A stretch of 64,000 nucleotides of DNA from Cenarchaeum sp. (GCA_965212015.1 OZ243037.1:608001-672000), one strand, 5' to 3'; numbered from the stretch's first letter, positions 30,340-40,463 are shown. Notes: a model not told the origin generated them from the letters alone. Numbers and translations are program-made.

Positions 30340-32223
30340 ATGGCTAAAAATTACGATATTGAAAAGGGATTCTTAGGCAGCATATTTAATGGAGAAATTC
30401 ACTATATGATCCCCGACTATCAAAGACCATACGAGTGGAAAGGTGAACGCGTTGAAGAGCTTTGGAATGATGTGGTCGCAGTCTACGTACATGATACTAG
30501 TGCTAAAAGCGAAGAGTATTTGTTGGGACCGATAGTTGTCGCTAATTTACCGGATGACAAACAGTGGATCGTTGATGGACAACAACGTTTAGTTACTTTT
30601 ACATTGTTATTTTGTGCTATTCGTGAATTTTTATATGACATTAACTTCAATAACAATAAAAAAAATTCAAAGGAAGATAAACAATATATTCAAAAATTGA
30701 TTGAAGACATTGATAATTTTATAAATATAAAAAATGAAGTAGTGATTACTCTGAATGATAATGCTAATGAAATTTTTGAACGTATACAAAAAAATAAAAT
30801 TAATCATCAAGATTTAATAAAAGAACGTAGAGCATCAAAACATCCATCCACTAGATTGCTAATAGATAATTATATGATCCTAAAGACTGAAGTTGAAATC
30901 TTATGTAAAAAATGTAAATTAAATTCAACAGGAGTAGAATTAATAAATGCGATAGCTAAATTAGATAGAATAATTGAAGATATAAAAAAGAAAAATTTAT
31001 TTGTGCATATAACCATATATAATACAGATTATACATACGAAGTATTCCAATCATTAAATTCTAAAGGTCAACCATTGACTCAGGCTGATTTAATTAAAAG
31101 TTATTTATTAAAACAAACTAATAAAAATAATGATATTAAAAACAAATGGGAAAAAATCACTGAAAATCGTAAACCAAAAGAAGTTGATCAATTTTTATAT
31201 GAATCATTATTATCAAGATCGACTGATACAAAAGACATTATAAAAAGAAAATTATCCAAAACTATAAAAAAGAAATATAAAAATAAAGAAGATATTGATC
31301 AATATCTAAAAGAATTACTAGAAGACAATGAGATTATTAATTGGTTGGATAATCCAAAAAATTTGCCAGATGTCACACCACAAAGAATCAAACATGCGTT
31401 TTATGGAATGGAACAAATAAAAGCGGTATATATTAGAAGGCCAATAATTGCAGCGTGTAGAAAATGGGAAATAAAAAATCACAAAACACAAAAATTAGCG
31501 GATTGTCTTGTCAAATTCTTTTTTATGTATAGAACAATTGGTTTGAATGATATAGATAAACTCAAGAGAATATCAACAAAAATCACTAGTCAAATCATAG
31601 CTGATGATAAATTAGAATTTATTTTCTGGACGATACTAAAAGATGAAAACAAACACATCACCAATAATGTAAATAAAGAAGAATTTTTGACAAAATTTGA
31701 AGATGAAATTTTTAATCTTAAAGACGATGTAGCAAAATATATATTAATTTCATTAGAACATGAATGTAATAAACCTGGAGGAATAGAAACCAACATTGTA
31801 GGCAGTAATCTTGAGTTAGAACATATTTTTCCTCAAAAACCTAAAGATGATTGTCCAGAATCAATTAATTTATCCAATCATCTAAATAGATTAGGTAATT
31901 TGACATTATTACCTTCAGGTTGGAATAAAATATTGTTAAATCAATGTTTTAAAGATAAAAGAAATGGTGTTGCAGCTAAAAATAAACGATCATGGGAAAA
32001 AACTAGAAATAAAAATCCACAATTGCCATTAAACAAAGAAGATGTAAGCTATTTAAAATCTGGTCTTAAATTAAATGAACATTATCTTCAAAAATATGAT
32101 ACGTGGGTCATTAGCAATATCGAAAATCGAGAAGAAGATCTGCGCATACTGGCATCTAAAGTCTGGGATTTAACAAGCTATATAGACTCTGCAGAAAAAC
32201 CAATTAATACGAGTGATAAATGA
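30340..32223 (+). CDS. DUF262-DUF1524 protein (GmrSD/SspE-like)
   Basis: IPDYQRPYEW, VDGQQRL, FQSLNSKG, LEHIFPQ, RLGNLTLL. Confidence 0.88.
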   Translation: MAKNYDIEKGFLGSIFNGEIHYMIPDYQRPYEWKGERVEELWNDVVAVYVHDTSAKSEEYLLGPIVVANLPDDKQWIVDGQQRLVTFTLLFCAIREFLYDINFNNNKKNSKEDKQYIQKLIEDIDNFINIKNEVVITLNDNANEIFERIQKNKINHQDLIKERRASKHPSTRLLIDNYMILKTEVEILCKKCKLNSTGVELINAIAKLDRIIEDIKKKNLFVHITIYNTDYTYEVFQSLNSKGQPLTQADLIKSYLLKQTNKNNDIKNKWEKITENRKPKEVDQFLYESLLSRSTDTKDIIKRKLSKTIKKKYKNKEDIDQYLKELLEDNEIINWLDNPKNLPDVTPQRIKHAFYGMEQIKAVYIRRPIIAACRKWEIKNHKTQKLADCLVKFFFMYRTIGLNDIDKLKRISTKITSQIIADDKLEFIFWTILKDENKHITNNVNKEEFLTKFEDEIFNLKDDVAKYILISLEHECNKPGGIETNIVGSNLELEHIFPQKPKDDCPESINLSNHLNRLGNLTLLPSGWNKILLNQCFKDKRNGVAAKNKRSWEKTRNKNPQLPLNKEDVSYLKSGLKLNEHYLQKYDTWVISNIENREEDLRILASKVWDLTSYIDSAEKPINTSDK

Positions 32224-32251
32224 TATGATTACGAGGCTAAAAATAATTTAG

Positions 32252-32407
32252 GATAGAATATCTCCCATATGTGTTGGCGCTATTTTAAAATCCCTCCGTA
32301 ATAATGACTTTGATGCATACTCTGCTATTTATGTAGTCATTGATAATTCACTGCAAGCCAAATCAAAAGGGATCAAGATTAAATTTAAAATGGATATACT
32401 TAGATGA
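32252..32407 (+). pseudogene. Inverted fragment of the 5' end of the GHKL ATPase gene at 34109-35845
   Basis: Translates ISPICVGAILKSLRNNDFDAYSAIYVVIDNSLQAKSKGIKIKFKMD vs ISPIRVGAAIKSLRNNDFDAYSAIYEVVDNSIQAESKEIRIKFEMD. Confidence 0.85.
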
Positions 32408-32482
32408 ATTTATTCCGTGTACTGTATGTCATTTGTAATTTATTCCAAATATAATATTTTGAGCTAATATTTCTACTCAAAA

Positions 32483-34108
32483 TCAAGCAGATGATTTGTT
32501 GTATTTCCATAGTTCGGCAAAATATTCATCAGCCAATTCTATTGATGGAAGCACATCTAATATTCGAATCAATCTAAATTGCTCTGTTCCACCCATACGT
32601 GGACCGCGCATCCCACGTCCGATCATTTGTTGATGAAGCACGATTGATCTAGTCGGCCTAGCTATAAAGACGACATCGATATTAGGTGCATCAAAACCAA
32701 CTGCAAAGACATTCACATTACAGATCACTTTGATTGTGCCATTTTTGAATTTTGATATCACATCTCGTCTATATTCAATTGGAGTATTACCGTCAACATG
32801 TGCAGCATTACCACCCAGTGCTAAAATTATGGCACATATCAGTTTTGATTGTTTTATGTTTGGGGCAAAATATAGTATCTGTTTGTTCTCATTTATTAGC
32901 TGTTTTAATCGTTCAACAATCATGACGTTTCGTTCATAATCCATTGCAATCTTGTCCAATAATTCCAATGGCAGATCATGATCCGCGGCAAATTTACGTC
33001 GCTGTTCCTGTGTTAGGATAAACTCTCTATTGGATTCAATAGTCTCTGGGTCACAGTATGCAAGATATCCCTTTGACTGAAGAAATGAGATATTGTCCAT
33101 ATCACCGGAATCAATCTCAATTATCTGATCATTGAAATATTCTCGTAGTTTTTCATTCTCTGGATTATTCATCCCTCTTACCGGCGTAGCTGTTAAACCA
33201 ACTATTCTTGTTCCCTTTTTTTCAAGCTGGCGTATGATGTTTTTATGCGTAGGCGCAATGATATTGTGAGCTTCATCTGCTACGACTAGTTCAGGTTGGG
33301 GAAAATTGTCTGTTCCTAGTAAATTATTCAGCTTTTGATATGTGGCAACTATGAATGCGTTGGGCTTAAAATCACTAACAGTGTTTTGACCCCACATGCG
33401 ATACACGTGCAATTCATCTTTTCCCAAATGCGACCAAATTTCTTGCATTGATGATATGGCCTGCTCACATAGTTCTTCTCGATCGGCAAGCCATACTGTC
33501 CGTCTCTTTTCATCATTTTCAATGCCATTGTTTAGAAAATTACTTACTATTTCTAAAGCTGTGCGTGTTTTTCCTGCACCTGTGGGCATTTTTATGATAA
33601 AACGTGTCCATTGATTCTCTACTGTACTCATTCCTTCATAGAAGATCTTACTTTGATATTCTTTGAGCATTCTCAGAGGTTTGATTGATGATATTGTAAA
33701 TTCAGCCGCATTATCTTGTGTCGGTTCCGGCAACATGCTGATGTCATATCCAAATTCCTCGATGAATGCACGTGTCTCATCATTATGTCCCCAGGTTAGT
33801 TTTGAAGCCTTTTCAATCAGAGTTGCATATTCCTTATCATTCTGAAATGATCCGATGCCGATCCTATTGAAAAATCTAAGGCATGTTTTTCTATCTGCAT
33901 ATTTGAGAAGTTGTGCACGAAATGTTGATTGTTTGTATGAGGATATGTTAAGTGCATGATGAAGCTTTCCCATGATTTCTTTTGTTTCAATATTAAAATC
34001 TTGATCAGGTGCAATTTTATCTAGAATTAAGTTTATAGGATCCCAATATTCTCTCAAAGAGGTTTCTAATTCACTGCGTGGGAGCTTTTCATTAAGCACT
34101 AGCTTCAC
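32483..34108 (-). CDS. SF2 DEAH/ResIII-type helicase
   Basis: MPTGAGKT, DEAH, TATP, GFDAP, QMIGRGMR. Confidence 0.9.
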   Translation of the reverse strand: MKLVLNEKLPRSELETSLREYWDPINLILDKIAPDQDFNIETKEIMGKLHHALNISSYKQSTFRAQLLKYADRKTCLRFFNRIGIGSFQNDKEYATLIEKASKLTWGHNDETRAFIEEFGYDISMLPEPTQDNAAEFTISSIKPLRMLKEYQSKIFYEGMSTVENQWTRFIIKMPTGAGKTRTALEIVSNFLNNGIENDEKRRTVWLADREELCEQAISSMQEIWSHLGKDELHVYRMWGQNTVSDFKPNAFIVATYQKLNNLLGTDNFPQPELVVADEAHNIIAPTHKNIIRQLEKKGTRIVGLTATPVRGMNNPENEKLREYFNDQIIEIDSGDMDNISFLQSKGYLAYCDPETIESNREFILTQEQRRKFAADHDLPLELLDKIAMDYERNVMIVERLKQLINENKQILYFAPNIKQSKLICAIILALGGNAAHVDGNTPIEYRRDVISKFKNGTIKVICNVNVFAVGFDAPNIDVVFIARPTRSIVLHQQMIGRGMRGPRMGGTEQFRLIRILDVLPSIELADEYFAELWKYNKSSA

Positions 34109-35845
34109 CTAAACTTTGTATGATTTTCTTAGGTGATGACTCCATTTTAGCATGTGTTCTTCTACCGTATCTTTAACGGATTGCATCCTAGTCAGATCAT
34201 CTAGATCATATTGTCCTTCAGCATATGCATAAAGAAGCCTGTCAATATCAGCCCTTAATGCCTTGCTTGCCTTTTGTAGATCTGATTTTTGCGGATCTAT
34301 AGCCATAGATTCAATTTCAGAGATTCGACGATTGATTTCTACAAAAAATGGGTGTTGCATGTTATAATGAATTACCTTCTTGCCTACATCATCAAGTACA
34401 TCGATAAATGTACCATCGGAACGTGCTTTGTAATCATGAATTATTTTATAGACTATGCTGGGATCCGTTACAGCCTTGACATAATCTGCCTGTTCATCTG
34501 GATTATCGGATATGTCTTTTGATCTATTTTCTATATTCTCTTTTATGTGGTCTTTGGTATCGGTCGATTGCATCGGTGCAGTTATTGGTGTCAATGTCTC
34601 TTCTACAGTTTTATGGCTGTTTATGGGGCCTTTATTTTCTTCATTTTCTTTTTGTTCCTCCGCATCTGCAGCTTCTTTTATTGTTTTCCTAAAATTATTA
34701 AGTATAGTTGGATTGAGTTTTTTTTCTAATATGTCCCTAAGATCTTTAAGCGGTCTAGCACCAACTTTAATATTTTTTACTGAAAACCAATAATCTAAAA
34801 CAGAATCAAAATCAATCTCACATCCCCAAAATCGATCTAGAGGTTTTGCTACAGGTGAGAATCTTGGTATTGGTCCATAATATACTTCGCGTCCATTTCT
34901 CAATATGGAAAATCCTTCGTTATATGGAATTCGTCTTTCTGCACTATGCTTGCTAGTTCCACCATATCCTGGTATGCCGGCATTATCTTTCTTTAACCTC
35001 CAAGATTCTGGCAGTATCGATGTTCTGATTATGATTTTACCTTTTCGCTCACCGCTATTGGGTCTGTCTACATCATGTACGTTATGCTCAAATGAATGTT
35101 CTGGTTGAAGTACTGCTCTTTCATCATCTGGAAATTTAGAGTTTTTTGTAACATATAGAGGATCATGAGAAGCAATTAATTCATTGTTGGAATTATCGGC
35201 CACAAATATTTTTCGTTGATTGTTATTTTTCTTGATCTTGCCGTTTTCTATAATTTCCTCACCTATGAATTTACGATAAATCCTACCAAGGTGATGTTTA
35301 ATCTCCTCAACTTTGAATTCTGAATCAATTCTGTCTATATTGGTCCAAATTACTAGTGTGCCATGATCTCCTACAAGATCTTTGTATTTTGCAGGTAAAT
35401 CTCTTTGTTCGATAGGGCTTAAAGAGGGCTCTACATCATTGTCAATTCCACTGATATCTAAAAGCGTATAATTCCAATTTCCTTGTTTTGCTCTAGAATA
35501 TACTTCAATTTTATTACATACATTGATTGCACCCATAGTCATTCCTACCCCAAATCGTCCTATACCTTTTCGATCATCATATCTGTTTGAATAACCAATG
35601 GCCAAACAGTGCTGAAGTGTCTTAGAGTCCATTCCATGACCATCATCACCAAATGCTATGGCAATTGGACGAGGCACACGTTGGCTCCCCAACGTGTCCA
35701 TTTCAAATTTAATCCTGATCTCTTTTGATTCTGCCTGAATGGAATTATCAACTACCTCATAGATTGCAGAATATGCATCAAAATCGTTGTTACGTAGTGA
35801 TTTTATAGCTGCGCCGACCCGTATAGGGGATATTTTTGTAGACAT
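34109..35845 (-). CDS. MORC/MutL-type GHKL ATPase
   Basis: EVVDNSIQA, DDGHGM, GIGRFGVGM. Confidence 0.88.
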   Translation of the reverse strand: MSTKISPIRVGAAIKSLRNNDFDAYSAIYEVVDNSIQAESKEIRIKFEMDTLGSQRVPRPIAIAFGDDGHGMDSKTLQHCLAIGYSNRYDDRKGIGRFGVGMTMGAINVCNKIEVYSRAKQGNWNYTLLDISGIDNDVEPSLSPIEQRDLPAKYKDLVGDHGTLVIWTNIDRIDSEFKVEEIKHHLGRIYRKFIGEEIIENGKIKKNNNQRKIFVADNSNNELIASHDPLYVTKNSKFPDDERAVLQPEHSFEHNVHDVDRPNSGERKGKIIIRTSILPESWRLKKDNAGIPGYGGTSKHSAERRIPYNEGFSILRNGREVYYGPIPRFSPVAKPLDRFWGCEIDFDSVLDYWFSVKNIKVGARPLKDLRDILEKKLNPTILNNFRKTIKEAADAEEQKENEENKGPINSHKTVEETLTPITAPMQSTDTKDHIKENIENRSKDISDNPDEQADYVKAVTDPSIVYKIIHDYKARSDGTFIDVLDDVGKKVIHYNMQHPFFVEINRRISEIESMAIDPQKSDLQKASKALRADIDRLLYAYAEGQYDLDDLTRMQSVKDTVEEHMLKWSHHLRKSYKV

Positions 35846-35936
35846 TTCTATACAGGGGTAATTATATGCTCTTTTTAATCTATTGGCATATCAGGGCTTG
35901 TATTCATGTACAGTCTTCTTGGGAATCTGAGATCTA

Positions 35937-36902
35937 TCAAGTTTTTCTAATTCTCTGGGATCTGGCGCCAGGCACATCTATCCTGTATCTGCCATTTCCC
36001 AGCTTTTCGAACCATTCCAGTAAAACCTGGACGTTTCCAGTCAGCTCCCTCCTACTCGGCACCGGCACGTCCGTACAGTTGTCCTGAATCCATTCCTTGA
36101 TTCTCCCAAAATATGCCTCTGGAGCGATAAACTCGTCAATCTTCCGGATAAATGAATGCTCGAAAAATTGTGTGGATAATTCCTGCAAAAACTCTTCTTT
36201 TGAAAGCCCGCTGCCAATGTCATAGTTTGCCAGATCATGAAATACACATGCTGCAATCTCGGGATCATCAGATGGTAACTGATCCGCAGCAATTCTTTGA
36301 TATCCGGTTACCAGATCATCCACGCTGCGAGTCATCGGCAGTGCAGATATCAGAAAATCATCCTTTTTTGGCGCTGATATGATGTCCTTTAGTTTGACCT
36401 GCTCTGGCAATTCAACCTTGTTGTTCTCGCTCCATTTTTTGAGCTCTTCATACATTGCATCATCGGCCAATCTTGCCTCACGCCGAATTTTTTCAAAGAA
36501 CAATCTGTCCTTGTTAGTCAGATTTTCAATCAGAGTTGCAGCCTCATAGTTGCCATCCGGTAGCAATCCCCTGTGCGAGATGTTTCCTGTGGCAAGAATT
36601 GCGCTGGAAAGATCAACAGAATACACCTTGAGATGCATGTTTTCGCTGATGTATAACGCAATGTTTCTTTCCTTGCAGAATGGATACAAGGATAATTCTG
36701 ATGATCTAAACTGGATATCTTTTGGCTCCCAGGTGGTGACAATCACCACTTTGTTTTCTATTCCATCCAAAAGCTGCATCAGCACCTTGGTCTTGACATA
36801 TGGAACAAAAAGAAATATCGTCTCATCTGGGTCACACTGTTTTAGATATTCCCTGATATGCTCATACAGTGGGCTGTGATAAAGATCGGTCAAATCATAC
36901 AC
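35937..36902 (-). CDS. Phospholipase D-like (HKD) nuclease domain protein
   Basis: VPYV...MHLKVY...ATGNIS..GL...NYE. Confidence 0.75.
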   Translation of the reverse strand: MYDLTDLYHSPLYEHIREYLKQCDPDETIFLFVPYVKTKVLMQLLDGIENKVVIVTTWEPKDIQFRSSELSLYPFCKERNIALYISENMHLKVYSVDLSSAILATGNISHRGLLPDGNYEAATLIENLTNKDRLFFEKIRREARLADDAMYEELKKWSENNKVELPEQVKLKDIISAPKKDDFLISALPMTRSVDDLVTGYQRIAADQLPSDDPEIAACVFHDLANYDIGSGLSKEEFLQELSTQFFEHSFIRKIDEFIAPEAYFGRIKEWIQDNCTDVPVPSRRELTGNVQVLLEWFEKLGNGRYRIDVPGARSQRIRKT

Positions 36903-36903
36903 C

Positions 36904-37677
36904 TCATTTGTAATCCGGAAATCGGTCTTTTATGTATCTGACTTGATCTTTCACGTCTAGCTTTTCCGCCCTTGGGGACGGGCCCCTCACAAAGAATGTC
37001 TTTTCTTTTCCGCAAAGCCATAGGGGACTATTTGCAGGCAATACCTGTATTATGCAGACGGTCTTGTTATCAATAACCCGAAATTTCATCTCTAGTCTGC
37101 TAGTGACAAACACGCGATCCTCCAGTAGATTTTCCAATCTGTCCCTCATGTGATTTGCAAATGAATCCTCATAGTCGGAAAACCCGCCGAATTTTTTATC
37201 CCTGTCCAGACCCACAACAGTACCATTTGACTTGATACCAAGATACACAAATCCTCCCTTTTTGTCGTTCCCAAAAGAGCATATCGCTGTGGCAAATCTC
37301 TCCTGTACGGATTTTTTTATGCCATCTATTGCTTGTTTGCTCTCTGGGGCCTGTTTTTCCAATAATTTCCCTATACTTTCATCATACTGGTAAAATTCCT
37401 TGAATTCATTTTGCTTGTCTTCAGTATCCGGTATCTCTATTTTGCCTAGATCGACAAATCTCGGAGCAGCCGTTGCTTTCTGTACCTTGATGTTTTTGAC
37501 ACGTCCCACCTGCCCGTCCTCCAGCCTGACCTTGATTCCGTGTGGGTGGGTCTCGCTGGAGGTCAGAATCTCGGCCACCACACCGTCAGTCAGTCTGCCC
37601 GTCCCTTGGTTCTCCTTGGTCTCAATCGAGACCACACATCCGCCTTTGATCTGGTTTCTGATCGGAGTCTCCGGCAT
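36904..37677 (-). CDS. YwbE(DUF2196)-like domain fused to Schlafen/AlbA_2 domain
   Basis: TKENQGTGRLTDG...HPHGIKVRLEDGQVGRV plus NEFKE...ICSFGN..GG.VYLGI...G.VVG. Confidence 0.75.
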   Translation of the reverse strand: MPETPIRNQIKGGCVVSIETKENQGTGRLTDGVVAEILTSSETHPHGIKVRLEDGQVGRVKNIKVQKATAAPRFVDLGKIEIPDTEDKQNEFKEFYQYDESIGKLLEKQAPESKQAIDGIKKSVQERFATAICSFGNDKKGGFVYLGIKSNGTVVGLDRDKKFGGFSDYEDSFANHMRDRLENLLEDRVFVTSRLEMKFRVIDNKTVCIIQVLPANSPLWLCGKEKTFFVRGPSPRAEKLDVKDQVRYIKDRFPDYK

Positions 37678-37713
37678 GGGTGTTACTTGGAGGCGTCACA
37701 ATTTAAGCCTGAT

Positions 37714-38157
37714 CTAGTCCGAATCCACCGGGATCTTCCTAAAGTCCAGCATCCCGAACCACTCTAGCTCATCAAAGAACATCCTGATTACGTCCATGAT
37801 CTTTCTTGTACTAGTCAAGGCGTACCAGGGACACCTATCCTCCTTTCTCTTGGCTATTACGGGGACCTCCGCCAGCCACACGTCCTCCTTTATCCGGGTG
37901 ATGTGTATTGCGTCCACCATGCGCGAGTTGCTAAACCCGATTGATTCCCTGTGCTCCCAGAGAAGTTTTTCCGTCTCCCGTAAAGCCTTCTCCCGGTCTA
38001 TGGTGACCATGTCCTTGTTCCCTATGGTCTCAAATTTGCCGTACTTCCAGTATATGATCTTTCTTGGAACGATATTCGCGGTACGGGTCATTATCCTGTA
38101 GAGATCCTCGTGGGGGTGTATGCTGGAGGTGGTAAGGGATCTCTCGGGCTTGTCCAT
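37714..38157 (-). CDS. Hypothetical protein
   Basis: 147-aa ORF with ATG and upstream TTTAAA box. Confidence 0.55.
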   Translation of the reverse strand: MDKPERSLTTSSIHPHEDLYRIMTRTANIVPRKIIYWKYGKFETIGNKDMVTIDREKALRETEKLLWEHRESIGFSNSRMVDAIHITRIKEDVWLAEVPVIAKRKEDRCPWYALTSTRKIMDVIRMFFDELEWFGMLDFRKIPVDSD

Positions 38158-38245
38158 GTACTGTTATTGTGTACAGTGTTTTAAAAATCGTTTGCCCGAA
38201 TATGGGGATCAGATCGCTTATTAGATTCCAAATACACCCAAATGT

Positions 38246-38725
38246 GTGAAAATCTCCTTCAGGGTGTGCGGCAAGCCTCCGAAAAAATCAAGCGGGGGCT
38301 CGATTTGGACCGGCGAGTCAAGATCCGAACAGGTCCTAGATCTGCGCAGATCCGCGGCAGGTGAAAAAAAGAGGATAAACATGGAGTATCCTATGAGGGG
38401 CCCGCTAAGGATCAAACTGACAATACACTCCTCACAGGACATCACGAAAAAGGAGGATACCCACAATTACATCGGGGATCTGGACTCGCTTGTGGCCGGG
38501 GTGTGCGATGCCCTGAGGAAGGCAGATGAGAACGTCACGCCTCACGTGCGGTTCAACCAATACAAGGAAGTCGACCCGAAAAAACCCCTCATAATCGAGG
38601 ACGACTCGAACATAACTGCAATCGAGGCCAGCAAGATCAAGGACACCGAGGAATACTATACGGTGACAGTTGAGGAGATCCGGAATTCTAGCATGTGCGG
38701 ATTCCTGAAAAAAATCCGGGGCTGA
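38246..38725 (+). CDS. RusA-like Holliday junction resolvase family protein
   Basis: GKPPKK...GDLDSL..GVCDAL...IIEDDSNI. Confidence 0.65.
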   Translation: MKISFRVCGKPPKKSSGGSIWTGESRSEQVLDLRRSAAGEKKRINMEYPMRGPLRIKLTIHSSQDITKKEDTHNYIGDLDSLVAGVCDALRKADENVTPHVRFNQYKEVDPKKPLIIEDDSNITAIEASKIKDTEEYYTVTVEEIRNSSMCGFLKKIRG

Positions 38726-38825
38726 CTGGCAGATCATGGTTTCGCCCGATCGATTCATACCTGAACGGCACGCCGTGTGTGAAAACTCCATAACCCATAA
38801 TAATTCCTGAACCGGATGTAACATA

Positions 38826-39149
38826 TTGGTAAAATCCAAGGAATCGATCAAGGAACGATACCGAAAATACCAGAGGGAATATCATAGGAAATATTATCAA
38901 AAGCCGGAGACAAAGGAATGGGTTAGAGAATACAACCAGAGGCCGGAGGTAAAGGAAAGGCTCAGGAAATACAACCAAAGGCCGGAGGTAAAGGAAAAGC
39001 TCAGGAAATACAACCAGAGATCGGAGGTAAAGGAGCGGATCCGAAAATACCATCAGAGGCCGGAGGTAAAGGCGCGTAAAAGATATTTGGCAAAGATGAG
39101 GAGGATCCGTGGGAAATCCAAGACAAAGACCCGTAGAAAATCATACTGA
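38826..39149 (+). CDS. Basic RPEVK-repeat protein (107 aa)
   Basis: 13-aa repeats KYNQRPEVKERLR; TTG start; upstream region duplicated with next gene. Confidence 0.6.
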   Translation: MVKSKESIKERYRKYQREYHRKYYQKPETKEWVREYNQRPEVKERLRKYNQRPEVKEKLRKYNQRSEVKERIRKYHQRPEVKARKRYLAKMRRIRGKSKTKTRRKSY

Positions 39150-39229
39150 CAGAGCAATATGATCAAATCAACGCCCACCTTTCCACGCTCAAAGAAACTC
39201 ATAATAATTCCCAAACAAGACATCACACA

Positions 39230-39763
39230 TTGGCAAAATCCAGGGAATCGGCCAAAAAAAGACTGGAAAGGCTAAGGCGCCAGAGGGAGTATGCCCAGAG
39301 GCCAGAAGTGAAGAAAAGGCTCAGGAAATACCGCCAGAGGCCGGAGGTAAAGAAGCGGATCCAGAAATACCAGAAGGAATACAGCCAGAGGCCGGATGCG
39401 AAAAAGCGGAATCGGGAACGACAGAAAAAATATAGCAAGAGGCCCGAGGTGAAAAAGCGACACGCTGAAAACAGCCTGAAATACAGTCGAAGGCCGGAGG
39501 TAAAGAAGCGGGTCAGGAAACGCAATCAGAGGCCGGAGGTAAAGAAGAGGGTCAGGAAATACCACCAGAGGCCGGAGATGAAGAAACGTAAGGGAGAATA
39601 CATGAAGAAATACAACCAGAGGCCGGAGGTGAGGAAACGCAAAAGGAGATACGCCCAGAGGCTGGAGGTGAAGGAACGTAAGAGAGAATACCAGAAAAAA
39701 TATTATCAAAGGCCGGAGGTAAAGGCGCGTAGAAGACACTCAGCAAAGACCCGTGGGAAATAA
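39230..39763 (+). CDS. Basic RPEVK-repeat protein (177 aa), paralog of previous gene
   Basis: About 10 QRPEVK repeats with 13- or 17-aa spacing. Confidence 0.6.
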   Translation: MAKSRESAKKRLERLRRQREYAQRPEVKKRLRKYRQRPEVKKRIQKYQKEYSQRPDAKKRNRERQKKYSKRPEVKKRHAENSLKYSRRPEVKKRVRKRNQRPEVKKRVRKYHQRPEMKKRKGEYMKKYNQRPEVRKRKRRYAQRLEVKERKREYQKKYYQRPEVKARRRHSAKTRGK

Positions 39764-39789
39764 CTAGTCCGATGATGGTCCTTGGGTAG

Positions 39790-39920
39790 TCGGGCTGGCC
39801 TGCCAGCCCGACGGTGTGGTGGTACGGGGCTCCCGTCAGGGAGCCCGGGGAAAAGACGTTGATGGAGCCGAGTGAGAGTTCGTTGTCGGGGGATTGTGAG
39901 GTAACTGCGAGCTGAAAATC
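39790..39920. repeat. Conserved hairpin module copy 1
   Basis: Hairpins TCGGGCTGGC-CT-GCCAGCCCGA and GGGCTCCC-GTCA-GGGAGCCC; core TTGTGAGGTAACTGCGAG. Confidence 0.9.
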
Positions 39921-39937
39921 TGTTCGGAGAGTTTGAA

Positions 39938-40121
39938 AAAGGTGCAAAAGGGGTCAGTTAGTGACGCAAAATAAGTCACCGGAAAAGGAGTCAAAGGTGC
40001 AAAAGGGGTCAGTTAGTGACGGAAAATAAGTCACCGGAAAAGAAGTCAAAGGCGCTTTAGGGGTCGGAGAATTAGGGGTCGAAAGCGCCTTAGGGGTCGA
40101 CGATAGGCGCTTTAGGGGTCG
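39938..40121. repeat. 55-bp tandem repeat x2 plus TTAGGGGTCG x4
   Basis: GGTGC/GGCGC at 39941, 39996, 40051. Confidence 0.9.
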
Positions 40122-40306
40122 GACATCGGTGGGGCTTGAACAGTTTTGATTTTTGTAATTGGATATCGTGTTGGTGATATGGAAAACCCAAGTGAACCTG
40201 ACTCCGCCTGACACAGGACTGTGATTGCCAAAGTAATACAGGCCGTATGATTCGAGGTCGGTCCGAGCCTACCCATCCTGTCAGGCCGGGACTCTGATTT
40301 GGGCGG

Positions 40307-40443
40307 TCGGGCCGGCTCACGGCCCGACGGTGTGATGGTACAAGGCTCCCAACGGGAGCCTTGGGAGATGACCTTGAAGGCCAGGATGAGGTCGTCATTG
40401 GAGGGTTTGTGAGGTAATGCAAGTCGAAAATCCGCGCGCGGGG
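40307..40443. repeat. Conserved hairpin module copy 2 (divergent)
   Basis: TCGGGCCG...CGGCCCGA; AAGGCTCCC-AAC-GGGAGCCTT; TTTGTGAGGTAATGCAAG. Confidence 0.85.
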
Positions 40444-40463
40444 CGGAATCCCACGATGAAAAT

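Noticed and set aside
40057-40121. Telomere-like TTAGGG repeats
   Set aside because: Units are TTAGGGGTCG with irregular spacers inside an internal repeat block; the resemblance is coincidental.
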